From Octopus bimaculoides (taxonomy: Eukaryota): a DNA stretch of 64,000 nucleotides. Below, one piece after another: positions 13,096 to 24,600 of this stretch; position 1 is the stretch's first letter; each line of letters opens with the position of its first letter. A program made the position numbers and the translations under genes. The stretch spans positions 161,852,383-161,916,382 of the forward strand of contig NC_068982.1 of the NCBI RefSeq assembly GCF_001194135.2, given 5' to 3'. The notes under the pieces were generated by a model that did no database searches, was not told the origin of the DNA, and worked only from the letters and a program-made list of their open reading frames with translations.

Positions 13096-14724
13096 AGGCT
13101 ATATGATGCTGCCTGACATAACTCTCCATTTTGCTTTGTACTATTTTGTTGTTAATTGAATGTCTTGATAAAATTACATGGGCTATTACTTCACCTTACT
13201 GGAAATGATGACGGTCTGTGTTGGCAACAGTTAGTCTAAAACAGACTTGATAGAATATGAATGAGGAGTGAATGTCTAAATGGGGGGCAGAGAAACAATG
13301 GTCTTGATCTGGTAGGCAGCAAACAAGGAAGAAAATTGCAGTGAAAGAGTAGGGCCAAGATAGAGGTTGACTGCACTTCCTCCAATTCTGGCTCTGCAAT
13401 GTATTGCATTTAAGTGAAATGGACTGTCATCTGGATTGATCATTTGTGAGTGTATCTCCTTGATATCCTTAAATTTCAATCATGTGACAACTCCTCTACT
13501 TGTGGAGTACTCTCACATCATAGTAGTAGGGAAAGCTGCCTACCCAGGAACAGTAAATAACTTTCAGCTTAGGAGCTTCTGCTTCCCATGATATATCTGC
13601 TTCAACCTTTGATTTTGCATTTGTCTGTTCAGTTGTCTTTTAAGGGCATTCACCTGACCATTTGACTATCTACATTAGATTCTGTTTTTTGAACATCTTG
13701 ATGCTGTCCTCTTTCTCTTTATTCTCTTGTCCAGTTCCCCTCTATCTTCATACTTGACTCTTTTTCACAACACCTCTCTCTTGGCCCATTTCCTGCACTC
13801 CTTGTATCCCAAACACTTTTCGTTCACTGCATTTCTCTTCATATTTGCTGCTTGGTCAACATCACCTTTGTCTATTTCTATACTCCATTGAATGGCAAGA
13901 GTCTGAAATGTTAAGACATTTCACTCTTTATAGCAATAGACCTTATTGATAACTCTACTGCATACTGTATAATGCCATGCTATGTCTGAACGGCATGACA
14001 CTGCCAGATACTGTACACTGTGTAATGTCATGCTGTCTTTACAGCCTGGCACAACCAACTACTTTACTATATGATATCTTGCTGTGTTTCAATAGATTGA
14101 CATTGTCAGTTATTTCACAAGACACATGTTGCATCTCACTCACTCTTCATCAGCATAGTGTTTGCTATGAAACTGTTCTTATCACTCATAGTCATGCTAA
14201 AATGTCTTAGCTCAGTATTGTATTGAGAAAAAAATAATTACAAAAGTGTGTGTGTGTGTTCAGATGCAGAAGAGGAAGTGAGAAACAGCTATTACAGAGG
14301 AATCAGTGAGAAAGATGGAACCCTAATCAAAGGAGATAGATGCACAAAGTGACAACACATTGTCACATGACTAAATGGAAGGAAAAAGCAATAACATATC
14401 AGACTAAACTGTTATTTCATTTATGATATATGATGTCACAGTTATGTTATTAATGCAAAAATGAACCAATTTTGAGGAGGCTACATTCAGTTATATTGAA
14501 TCCAGTACTTAACTGGTATTTATTTTATCAGCTGTGGAAGGATGAAAAGAAAAGTCAACTTCAAAGGGATTTAAACACAGAATGTAGAGTAATTTAACTA
14601 AATACCACCACATGATATTTTGACTATGTTCTATCAATTTTGCTAATCCACTGTCTTGATGTTAGTTTTTATTGCCCTATAATTATCATAAATATGTTTA
14701 AAATATTTCTTGCTATCTTCAGTT

Positions 14725-15130
14725 CAGCTTTTGTGCTTATCCTCACCATGATCGTGAACGTTGGGTAATGACTGAAAGAGTATGGTCTCGAATGCAAGTG
14801 GCCAAAATGGGGATCTTTCAAAGGATCTCTGGAGTAATGTTACTCAACAGGGTGCACAGCTCAGAGATCAACGAGTCTCTCCAGGTCAAGTTGCTACTTT
14901 TCAGCATTGAGAGATCATAGCTCTAGTACTATGGACATATTATTAGAATATCACAAGAAAGAATTGCAAGATGGATCCTTCAATCCAAGCCAACTGGTAT
15001 GAGATCTAGGGATAAACAAAGAACAAAATAGTTGGATAATATCCATAGTCTCAGTTGGTCACACTTGGGAATTCAACTGGAAAATCTAATGATGGTTGCT
15101 TCTGATAGGACCCTATGTAAGAATGCCTAA
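14725..15130 (+). mobile_element. Second RTE family, RT C-terminal fragment
   Basis: Translates ERWVMTERVWSRMQVAKMGIFQRISGVMLLNRVHSSEINESLQV...YYGHIIRI; homologous inverted copy at 45620-46090. Confidence 0.75.
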
Positions 15131-16106
15131 GGGCTCTACTCCATGGCCCTCCCAAGAATAGTGGGTGGAGAAGATGGATGGATGTTTAAAGTAAAGAAAA
15201 AAAGTATTGATGTGTTCTGTACATGGATACTTAGTGATCCCATAAATATAACTATTTAATAACAGCAACCAATTCACTAATGAATCTGTATAGCAATCAT
15301 TGTTTACTCATATAAACATTTTATAATGTCTACTGGAATTAATGTTAATCTTCTAATTTCTTAAATGTCACTTACCGCTTCCCACATGCAATTGTTTTAA
15401 ATCTAAATTTCATCTGACCTAGTAAAATCTTGTGTTCTTTAAAACTGAACCATTACAAGTTTCTCTGTGCTTCTGTAAACAGTTTCATTGTATTCTTCAA
15501 AAATGTTTTGGTCTTTCATTCTAGCTATAGCAAGTATATGTCAGAGGATTCTGTCCGTACTACTTTTCATGCAAAGAACTTCAGAGAAGTTGTTTGCTCT
15601 ACACACTTCTGTTAATGCTATTACTATTTATACTTTCATGCCTGGTATTCATGGTTTATACTCTTGTTGCATTGAATTGTTAGAAAATCTAGTCTGGCAT
15701 CATTTCTTAAACTCTTTTTGTTATAAGGTGAAGGTGGTTTTTGTAAAAACTTCAATAAATGCTAATGAGTATTTTGACTGCAGCCAAAGGTTAACCTCTG
15801 AGCATGTCAAATCATTAAATGACGATTTGCTTACTGACTGATATATTGGGTCATCCCATAAATAATGCAGTTTTTTTCAATTGCTTGAACTAAAAGTTGG
15901 TGGGGTACAGGATAAGCTACCTGCATCAACTTACTATAAAAGCGGGTAGTAATTTTACCTTGTACTTATTCTTAGTGCAAGTTTTGAAGAGTGCAGTTCA
16001 ATTTTAACAGTTATTTTTTCAAAGCTATAATGAAAGTGACAAAGGAGCATATTTGGCATATTTTGCTTTATGAGTTCAATAAAGGCAACAAACAACGTAA
16101 CAGAAA

Positions 16107-16189
16107 GCTTACGGCCATATCTCGCTGAGAGCACCGGTTCTCGTCCGATCACTGAAGTTAAGCAACGTTGAGCCTAGTGAGTACTTAGA
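16107..16189 (+). pseudogene. 5S rRNA-derived fragment (approximately nt 1-83), 5' part of a chimeric retrocopy
   Basis: GCTTACGGCCATATCTCGCTGAGAGCACCGGTTCTCGTCCGATCACTGAAGTTAAGCAACGTTGAGCCTAGTGAGTACTTAGA follows the metazoan/molluscan 5S consensus from its first base and stops at the start of box C. Confidence 0.9.
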
Positions 16190-16436
16190 AGGCGGCGAGC
16201 TGGCAGAAACGTTAGCACGCTGGGCGAAATGCTTAGCGGTATTTCGTCTGCCGTTACGTTCTTAGTTCAAATTCCGCTGGGGTCGACTTTGCGTTTCATC
16301 CTTTCGGGGTCGATAAATTAAGTACCAGTTACGCGCTGGGGTCAATGTAATCGACTTAATCCCTTTGTCTGTCCTTGTTTGTCCCCTCTATGTTTAGCCC
16401 CTTGTGGGCAATAAAAATTTTTTTTTAAATAAAATA
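16190..16436 (+). mobile_element. tRNA-type SINE (family B), CpG-rich copy fused to the 5S fragment
   Basis: Same head (AAGGCGGCGAGCTGGCAGAA, B-box-like GTTCAAATTCC) and body (GACTTTGC.TTTCATCCTTTCGGGGTCGATAAATTAAGTACCAG) as the copies at 3938, 10938 and 62831. Confidence 0.85.
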
Positions 16437-17384
16437 AGAAAGTGTGAGGAATATTAATGCAGTATATGGGGACCAGATGATAAGCGTAAGTCAGTGTCAA
16501 CAGTGGTTCCAGAAATTCCGAGCTGGAAACAACAGCCTAGAAGACAAGCCTTGTCTTGGAAGATCTATAGAGCTTGATGAGGACGTCCTGCAAACCCTGG
16601 TTGAACAAAATTCTATTGTAACTGTTGAGGAACTAACAGGAAACCTACATGCTATCGGAAAAAAACAGCAAATTGGATCAATAGGTTTCTCACAAACTTC
16701 TCTAGTCTAATCGTGCACAGAGAGTGAATGTGTGCTCTTCTTTGCTGTCATTTTTCATGAATACACCTTTTTGGACTGAATAATGACTGGTGACAAGAAA
16801 TGGGTTCTCTATAAAAATATCAAGTGCCAAAGACAATGAGTAGGGAAAGGAGAAACACCAGCATCCCAGGCTAAAGAAGGTCATCACCCACGTAAGGTGT
16901 TATCTGTTTGGTGGGATGTGAATGGTTTAGTCCACTTTGAACTTTTAAACCCAAGCCAAATGATAACAAAGGAGATCTACTGCGAGCAGCTTTAGTGGCT
17001 TCAGTCAGCACTAGAAGAAAAATGACCATCTTTCAAGACGAACCATGTTCATCCATCAGGATAATGCTTGGCTACATACAGCAAGGATGGCATTCCAAAG
17101 ACTGGAGCAGTTTGAATGGGAAACGATGCCCTACCCACCATATTTGCTGGACATTGCCTCATCTAATTATCATTTATGCTGCAGTCTTTGAAATCATTTG
17201 GCTGGAAAAAATATGAATTCTGTGGACGAAGTCAGAACAGCATTGGAGGAACATTTTTTATCATGGACAAGTGAATTTTGAAAGATGGGCCTTTGCAAGT
17301 CTACCAGATAGATGGAAGAGCATTGTAGAAAATGAAGGAGACTATATCTTAGATTAAAAAAGAATTTTGTTTAACTTAACTTTG

Positions 17385-17770
17385 AGTGGCTGAGTTCCTT
17401 TCGAGTGTTGAGCCTCACAGAGGCAATGACCGAGACCTTTGGCATTATATTATGCTTGAGAAGACCCATCAAGCTGAACAAAATCAGAGTCATGGCAGAT
17501 ACCGGTGTCATGCAAATTGGCACATAAAAGCACCCCAGTGTCACACAAATGGCACCTGTGCTGGTGGCATGTAAAAGCACCCATTACACTTTTGGAGTGG
17601 TTGGCGTTAGGAAGGGCATCCAGCCATAGAAATCCATGCCAAATCAGACTGGAGTCTGGTGCAGCCTTCCACCTTGCCTGCCCAGTCAAACCATCCAAGT
17701 CATGCTGGCATAGAGAAGGGATGTTAAATGATGATGGTGTTGGTGATGGTGGCAGCAACGACGACGATAA
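17385..17770 (+). mobile_element. RTE family A 3' fragment nested in the mariner
   Basis: GTGGTTGGCGTTAGGAAGGGCATCCAGC...TTAAATGATGATG, lying between the transposase stop and the right ITR. Confidence 0.8.
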
Positions 17771-19029
17771 AGAAGAAGGAAAGAAGTATAAAAAACTTTA
17801 TTATTTATGAGATGACCTAATATTTTAGATGATGTTAATCAAAATATGTCATCCAGTTTCACCCCTTTGATATCAAGCTGCATGTGGACTGTACCTTGTT
17901 CTCTGATATAAACTTACTGTTTTAAACTGATCTAAACTTCCCATTAAAATTTTGAGTTAATACTGACAAGTTTATTTATTCTTCATTCTTTTTGAAATTG
18001 AAACAAAGGCAATGTATTTTAACAGAAAGATGATAATGAAAGGTTAACACCACTACTGGGTGCTTGCAAGCTTTCAGATCAGCTCTTACTTTGGTTCTTT
18101 CCCTACCCATGTTTTTGTTGTTGATATTCAAGCTAGGAATTAGCTGCATCCATCTTACCAGTTTTGGAAGACCCGCAAAGGTCATGGATACTGCCTCTTC
18201 TGACTAGCTTATTAACAAAAATATCAAAGTAGCTTGCAGAGAATGTTTCTTCAAGTATCAAATGAGGTTAGACATTTGAACTTGTAGTTCATTAAATACA
18301 TTTCTAAATGGCGAAAGAGAATAATGTGTGACACTGCAGTAGTTGTGTAATTAGATTTATTCTAAATTCATATCTACTGCAATGTCACACATTCTCTTGT
18401 GCCTTTTGAGGTAAACTCCTGTACTCCCTCCCTCTCTTTCCTTAAAACACACACACACACACACACACACGGTTTCACACCCATTTTCCATATTAGCATT
18501 AGGTGAATGATTTTTTGATTGTTTTTACAGCTGGGTGATGGCCTTCATACTGCTAACAATTTGACTGTGAAATAGTGAGTGGAGAACTTGTTTTCTAAAT
18601 CAGGCAAACTAGAGCAACATGAGGTATGTTGCTATGCTTAGGGGCACAATATAATAACAGTTGATGCTGCAGAACTGTGATGAAAGGTATTCCTGTTGTG
18701 ACTTTCCCACTCTTTCTCAAGCAGTTTGCCTTGAGGACGGCATTAGCTATTGTGTCTTTCCTCTTTTAAGTTAGTATGATATGATGGAAATTTGTCTGCT
18801 GCTTCTAGCAGGTCTGGTAACTGCATAGAAGCTCATTGGCTCATATAGTAAAGCATCACGTTCAGATCAGGTAACAATTGTCAGTTGTCCAACACCTTTA
18901 CTTCACAGCCATTTGTCCCCTTTATTTGTATTTACTTCTGTACAATCCAAATAAAAGTAGTTTTTACTACACTGAAGCTGAATGAGACCTCACATTGAAA
19001 TGATAATTCCCAAATAGCCACACCATGAC

Positions 19030-19772
19030 TCATATGTGTGTATAAAATTAGAAATCAGGAACTGTACTTTGTCTTTGTAGAGCATACCAAGGCTGCAATA
19101 CAGTTAACCAAAAGACTCTCTGGAAAGTCGTAAAGAAAATCTGACTATTGTATTAAATAGTCAGATTTTCTTTACTACTTTCCAGAGAGCTAATGTGACT
19201 ATTTTTCCTTATAATGTACCAAACAGTATCTTGGCTCCTGTATTGTTTGCTCTTTATTTCTCATCTATGGTTGACTGTGCTTTCGGACATTTGGACAAAG
19301 AAGTAAGATTTGTTTTTTTTTTTGTATGAGTGAAGGATTGTTTAATAACCTGGAGATTAAAAGCAAATATACTGAACAGTGCAAAACTTTTGTTCAAAAT
19401 GTCTTTTGCTGATAATGAAGCAACACTTGTGGCTGATTTCTTTGATTATACTCAATCAGTTATGGAGCGTTTCTTACATACTTTGGTCTTGCAATAATCT
19501 CATTGAAAATGGAAGTAATTCACCAACTTACTTCAACTGTAAGCCAAAAATAGGAAGTATAATCCAGTCAGATTTTCCAAGCAAATCATATGCATATGGA
19601 GGACCTTCTCTGTTTGGTTTGTTTAGAATTAGTTCAAAAGCGTCTCTGGATGATGATTGTTAATAGATTATTCAAGGAAACTGCCTCCTTTGATAAACTG
19701 AAGCATCATATCTGGAATGAAAGTGGTTACACTTTGAAAACAAAACTTGGACTTGCTATAGATCTCACATAG
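19030..19772 (+). mobile_element. RTE/BovB-like RT fragment, degenerate, containing a fold-back palindrome
   Basis: ELYFVFVEHTKA.NTVNQKTLWK, LAPVLFALYFSSM, SFADNEATL, ASLDDD.VNRLFKETASFDKLKHHIWNESGYTLKTKL. Confidence 0.75.
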
Positions 19773-20206
19773 AACAATTAGTTACTTTGCATTAATGTTG
19801 CCTTTGTAGCATCTGTGAGTGTATGTGGAAGGATAGAGTTCATAATGTCAATCTTTTCAAGAAATGTTGTATATCAAGTATTGAAGCTTTTCTTATTCAG
19901 ACTCAACATAGTCATGTAGTTCAGATGGACGAGGAACATATACCCAAGGTTGTCTTATACATCTAATTTCATGATGGCACACAGAATGTTTCGAGATATC
20001 ACTTAGAATACAAAAATACACTGAGATTGAATTTAACTATTTCAAATAAACTCATAACAGCCTTTGAAAGAACAACACAAGGTCACAAATTATGGGGAAA
20101 ACTATGTTATAATATCATGAGAGAGTTCGAGTCAACAGGGTCAGATGAGATAACAATAAACAGGGAAAAATGAAAATATGTACCCAACATGTTACCAGTT
20201 TGCTTC

Positions 20207-20977
20207 ATTACCTCCTCTAAGGAAGGAGGCTATGTTTTCATTGGCGTTGGTTTGTCCGTCTGTGTGCAAAATAACTCAACAAGTTGTGAACAGTATTTGA
20301 TGAAACTTGCAGAAAAAGTTGGTAATGACATAAGGAACAGATGATGACATTTTGGTAGTGATCTGGGAATTTTTATGGATTCTTGAAGGATTTTTCATTT
20401 GTTATATTTACTTTACATGAAGTATTACAATGTTAGGTTCTTTGATTATTTCCCTTGAAAACACATTTTTCCATGTATCCTATGGTGGCGTTGCTGTTTA
20501 GAGATAGTGTTGATGATGACGATGGTTGAGATAAGTATGGGAGGAGGATAAAATAGTATCGGTGGTTATAATGGCGACAGGAGCAGTGTGATGTGTGATG
20601 TTGAGGTGATGGTGGTAATAGTGGTGTTGATGATAGTGTTAGTTGTGTGATGGTGGTATTGTGGTGGTTATACTGGTTGTGGTGGTGAAAGTGAGTGTCA
20701 AGGTAGCCGTCATGATAACATTGATAGCGGTGTATGTGGCTGAAGTGGAAGCAATGATGATGTTAGTGGCTGTGAACTGCTTCAGATGATTCTCATTTTT
20801 AAAGGGTTTTTTTTTCTTAAAATCATATTGCCGTGTTATTTTTTTTTTACTCCCACCAAGGAGGTCATGTTTTTGCCGGCGTTGGTTTGGGAAATTGGTC
20901 GATTTTCAGCATGCGTGTATATGGGTGGAAATGAGCTGCTTGGCGGAGGTGTGCACTCTCCGAGTGCTTTTCTAGTT
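20207..20977 (+). mobile_element. Helentron-associated non-autonomous element (HINE/DINE-1-like), with a second head at about 20846
   Basis: Head ATTACCTCC..(C)AAGGAGG.TATGTTTT..GGCGTTGGTTTG; subterminal TTGGCGGAGGT (20940-20950); 3' hairpin GCACTC-TCC-GAGTGC (20953-20967) then TTTTCTAGTT; central GGT/GAT low-complexity tract. Confidence 0.65.
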
Positions 20978-21499
20978 TTTCTTGTTTGCACTGTGATTTG
21001 TGCAGACTGTAGTTTCACTGGCTTTATATCTCACTGTAAACACAAGCACTACATATTTGCATGAGCAGTTGACTGTTATATGAAGAAAAATATATTCATT
21101 AGTTACTAAATATAAATAATAAAGATAGGAGAGTATAGTGGTTCACTTGAAGCATTGTGTATCGATCAATCCCTAGGGATATCTGAAGAAGGAATTGTTA
21201 TATTGCGAAATATTATATCAGACTATGGATGATTAAATTACACCAGTTATTATAGTCCTTTGTTGTTATTATAGTGCATTGTTGTACCATTCAAAACACA
21301 TTATTACTATTTATTATTATTGTTTACAAATAATAAAGAAATAGTGCTGGAGTTTAATAATTAGTGAATTAGTGAACCTGTGACCATACCAATATACAAT
21401 ATTATTTCAATATTTAATTTTTGTTAAATTAGCTTATACATAAATAAAATAAGAATAAAGTCCATTTTACGTATGTTTAATTTTCTTTCTTTCTTTTAG

Positions 21500-21614
21500 G
21501 TGGCCGAAATAAGCAAGGTGGCCCAATTTTGACATTCCCTTCACACACTCATCCTGAAAGATTAAAATATGAAGATTTACGACGACTCATGACCTATCTT
21601 GCCAGTGTGCCAAG
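21500..21614 (+). CDS. Trio: Trio exon, Sec14 start: (G)GRNKQGGPILTFPSHTHPERLKYEDLRRLMTYLASVP(S)
   Basis: tttcttttag| acceptor, AG|gtaagt donor, 115 nt, phase 1 in and phase 2 out. Confidence 0.95.
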
Positions 21615-24600
21615 GTAAGTAATTATAAATTATTGTTATGATTACTTGACTCCTGTTTGCTTTTTTTGTGTGTCTGATTTTGACAAAATGTTTTTAGCGC
21701 ACTCTCTAAAGTGGTTGGCATTAGGAAGAACATCCAGCTATAGAATAATCATCATCATCATCGTTTAATGTCCGCTTTCCATGTTGGCATGGGTTAGACG
21801 GTTTGACTGAGGGCTGGCAAGCCAAAAGGCTGCTCCAGGCTCGAATCTGATCTGGCAAAGTTTCTACAGTTGGATGCCCTTCATAACACCAACCACTCTG
21901 AGAGTGTTGTGGGTGCCACCGGCACACAAGCCAGTCAGGCAGTACTGGCATCAAACATGCTTGAATGAAGCTTTTTACATGCCACCGAGAATCAGTCAGG
22001 TGGCACTGGCAACAACCATGCTTGAATGGCGCTTTTTACGTGCCACCAGCACAGGTGCTCATCAGGTGGTACTGTCATCAGCCATGACAATGACGTCACT
22101 TGACTCAACAGGTCTTCGCAAACGCAGTTTATTGCCCAATAATTGAAGAGAACTCTTAAATGAGCTGGTTATGCTGCACCGGCATAGGCCATGATTATGG
22201 TCTCACTTGGCTTGCTAGGTCTTCTCAAGCACAGCATATCTCCAAAGTCTCGGTCACTTGTCATTGCCTCCGTCACGCCTAACATTCGAAGGTCATGCTT
22301 CACTACCTCATCCCAAGTCTTCCTCGGTCTACCTCTTCCACAGATTCCCTCAACTGCTAGTGTGATTCTTTTTCACACAGCTGTCCTCATCCCTACGCAA
22401 CACATGACCATACCAGCACAGTTGTCTTTCTTGTACACCACATCTGATGCTTCTTATGTCCAACTTCTCTCCCAGGGCACTTAAACTCTGTCGTGTATGC
22501 ACACTGACATTACACATCCAGTGGAGCATACCAGCTTCATTCCTTGCAAGCTTACGCTTGTCCTCAGCAGTTACGGCCCATGTTTCACTGCCATGTAGCA
22601 TGGCTGTTCGCACACATACAGTCTACTCTGAGCGAGGGGCCCTTTGTCACCAACAGAGGTAGGAGCTCTCTGAACTTTGCTCAGGCTATTCTTATTCTAG
22701 CAGCTACACTCTCAGAGCATCCATGCCCACTACTGACTTGGTCACTTAGGTAATGGAAGTTATCAACTATTTCTAGTTTTTTCCCCTGGCATGTGACGGA
22801 AGCTGTTTTCTGCACATTTTCAGTGTTTATTGCCCCTGAGCATTTGCCACACACAAAAACTATCTTCTCAGTTAGCCTTCCTTTGATATTGCTGCACCTC
22901 TTATGTGTCCATAGCTTACACTAGGTATATCTTATGGAGTTTCTACCTACGCCTTTTCTACAGATCGAGCAGGGCCATATACCTGAAGGGATTTGTGATT
23001 TGTCTGCCTTCCTACTTATTAAGACTTTGGCTTTTGCTAGATTGACTCTAAGGCCCTTCGATTCTAGACCTTGCTTCCACACCTGAAACTTCTCTAGTTC
23101 AGATAGTGACTCAACTATTAGAGCAAGGTCATCAGCATAGAGGAACTCCCAGGGGCATCCTGTCTTGAATTCCTCTTATTGCATAGAGGATTATGATGAA
23201 TACGAGGGGGCTGAGGACTGATCCTTGGTGGACCCCTACCTGGAATTCTTCACTATACTTGTTGCCAACCCCCACCTTACTGACAGCTTCCCTGTACGTG
23301 GCTTGCACATCTCTCACTAACCATTCATCTATCCCTAGTTTCCTCATTGACCACCAGATAAGAGATCAAAGGCTTTCTCCATGTCAATGAAAGCCAGGTA
23401 CAAAGGTTTACCTTTGGCTAAGTATTTCTCCTGCAACAGTCTTACCAGAAATATAGCATCAGTGGTGCTTTTTCTTGGCACAAATCCAAACGGCATTTCA
23501 TCTAAACTAACTCTCTCCCTAATTAGTTGGGCTATGACCCTCTCTGTGACTTTCATTACCTGATCCAACAACTTGATACCTCTGTAATTATTCACAACTA
23601 ATGCATCACCATTACATTTGTAGCAGTTGACTATGGTGCTGCTACACCAATCATTGGTATGACTCCTTCATGTATCACCTGGTTGACTATATGGGTGACT
23701 AGACGATAGCTGACACCACCCGATATTTTAGGCATTTTTAGGAAACAGACGTTAATGCTTGATGCAGTCCTTGGACCTGTTACATCATCAAGCTGTCCAG
23801 TCCATGCTAGCATGGAAAATAGGCATTAAAAGATGATGATGATGATTAGATGAGGAAACAAGACCTTTAGGTGATGACTGCCTCCATTCTGAAGGTAGCC
23901 TGGCTGGAAATTGGTGGCTTTGGAACAGATTCTCAAATGAAATTTTGGGTTTACTGGGAACAGGATACCATCTGTGAAATGGGGAAGATACAAGGTAGAG
24001 GATTATGTACCACCTGAATAAGGCACTCATAAGATATTATTCAGTACTTGGAATGTGGTTGGGCTGTTAAGTTTCATAATGACTTCAGTCGAATTACTAA
24101 CACTTGGTAGTTTATACCTAGGAGCAGTAGTAACAGTGTTTCACTGCATTCACCATTTATTGGTGTTCCCCTCTCTTGGTGGAGGACAACATTGCAACCC
24201 TCCAGCTCATGGATCTATTTAGGTAGTCATTACTGATGAGGGTTTTGCTAGGTCAGAGTGCAAATCCTACCTCAACTCCTTTTAGTTACTTAGAAAAATG
24301 TCAGAAAAATAAATATCAGCAATTATTATCAAATATTCTTTACTTATACTGATGATGTTGAAAAAATAATTGGGTTTCTTCCTTAGATATTTGTGTTATT
24401 AAAAAAGATGTTTTAGATATTTTAACCTTTTTGATACCACCCCTGGTTCTATTATATGAACTTTCTTATTTTAAAGCAATCTAAACTAAAACCTTCCATT
24501 GAAATTTCATATAAATTCATGTTCCAAACAGCAAAGTTATTTTATGAAACACTTCCTCATTTTCAAAATCAACTGAAACAAAGGTAGTGTATTTTAACAG

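Larger units (their letters stand above)
15844..17822 (+). mobile_element. Mariner (Tc1/mariner) DNA transposon, full length but inactivated, carrying two nested retro-insertions
   Basis: ITRs TATTGGGTCATCCCATAAATAATGCAGTTTTT (15844-15875) and AAAAACTTTATTATTTATGAGATGACCTAATA (17791-17822), 4 mismatches, TA ends. Transposase relics from 16030 to 17357: MKVTKEHIWHILLYEF..., WFQKFRAGNNSLED, TGDKKWVLY, HQDNAWLH, YPPYLLDIASSNYHL, with stops and frameshifts. Confidence 0.92.

Noticed and set aside
16107-16189. Functional 5S rRNA gene
   Set aside because: Truncated at about nt 83, lacks box C and the T-run terminator, and is fused to a SINE within a TSD
16444-17216. Active mariner transposase or domesticated SETMAR-like gene
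   Set aside because: Multiple stops, frameshifts, altered catalytic motifs and an insertion in the N-terminus
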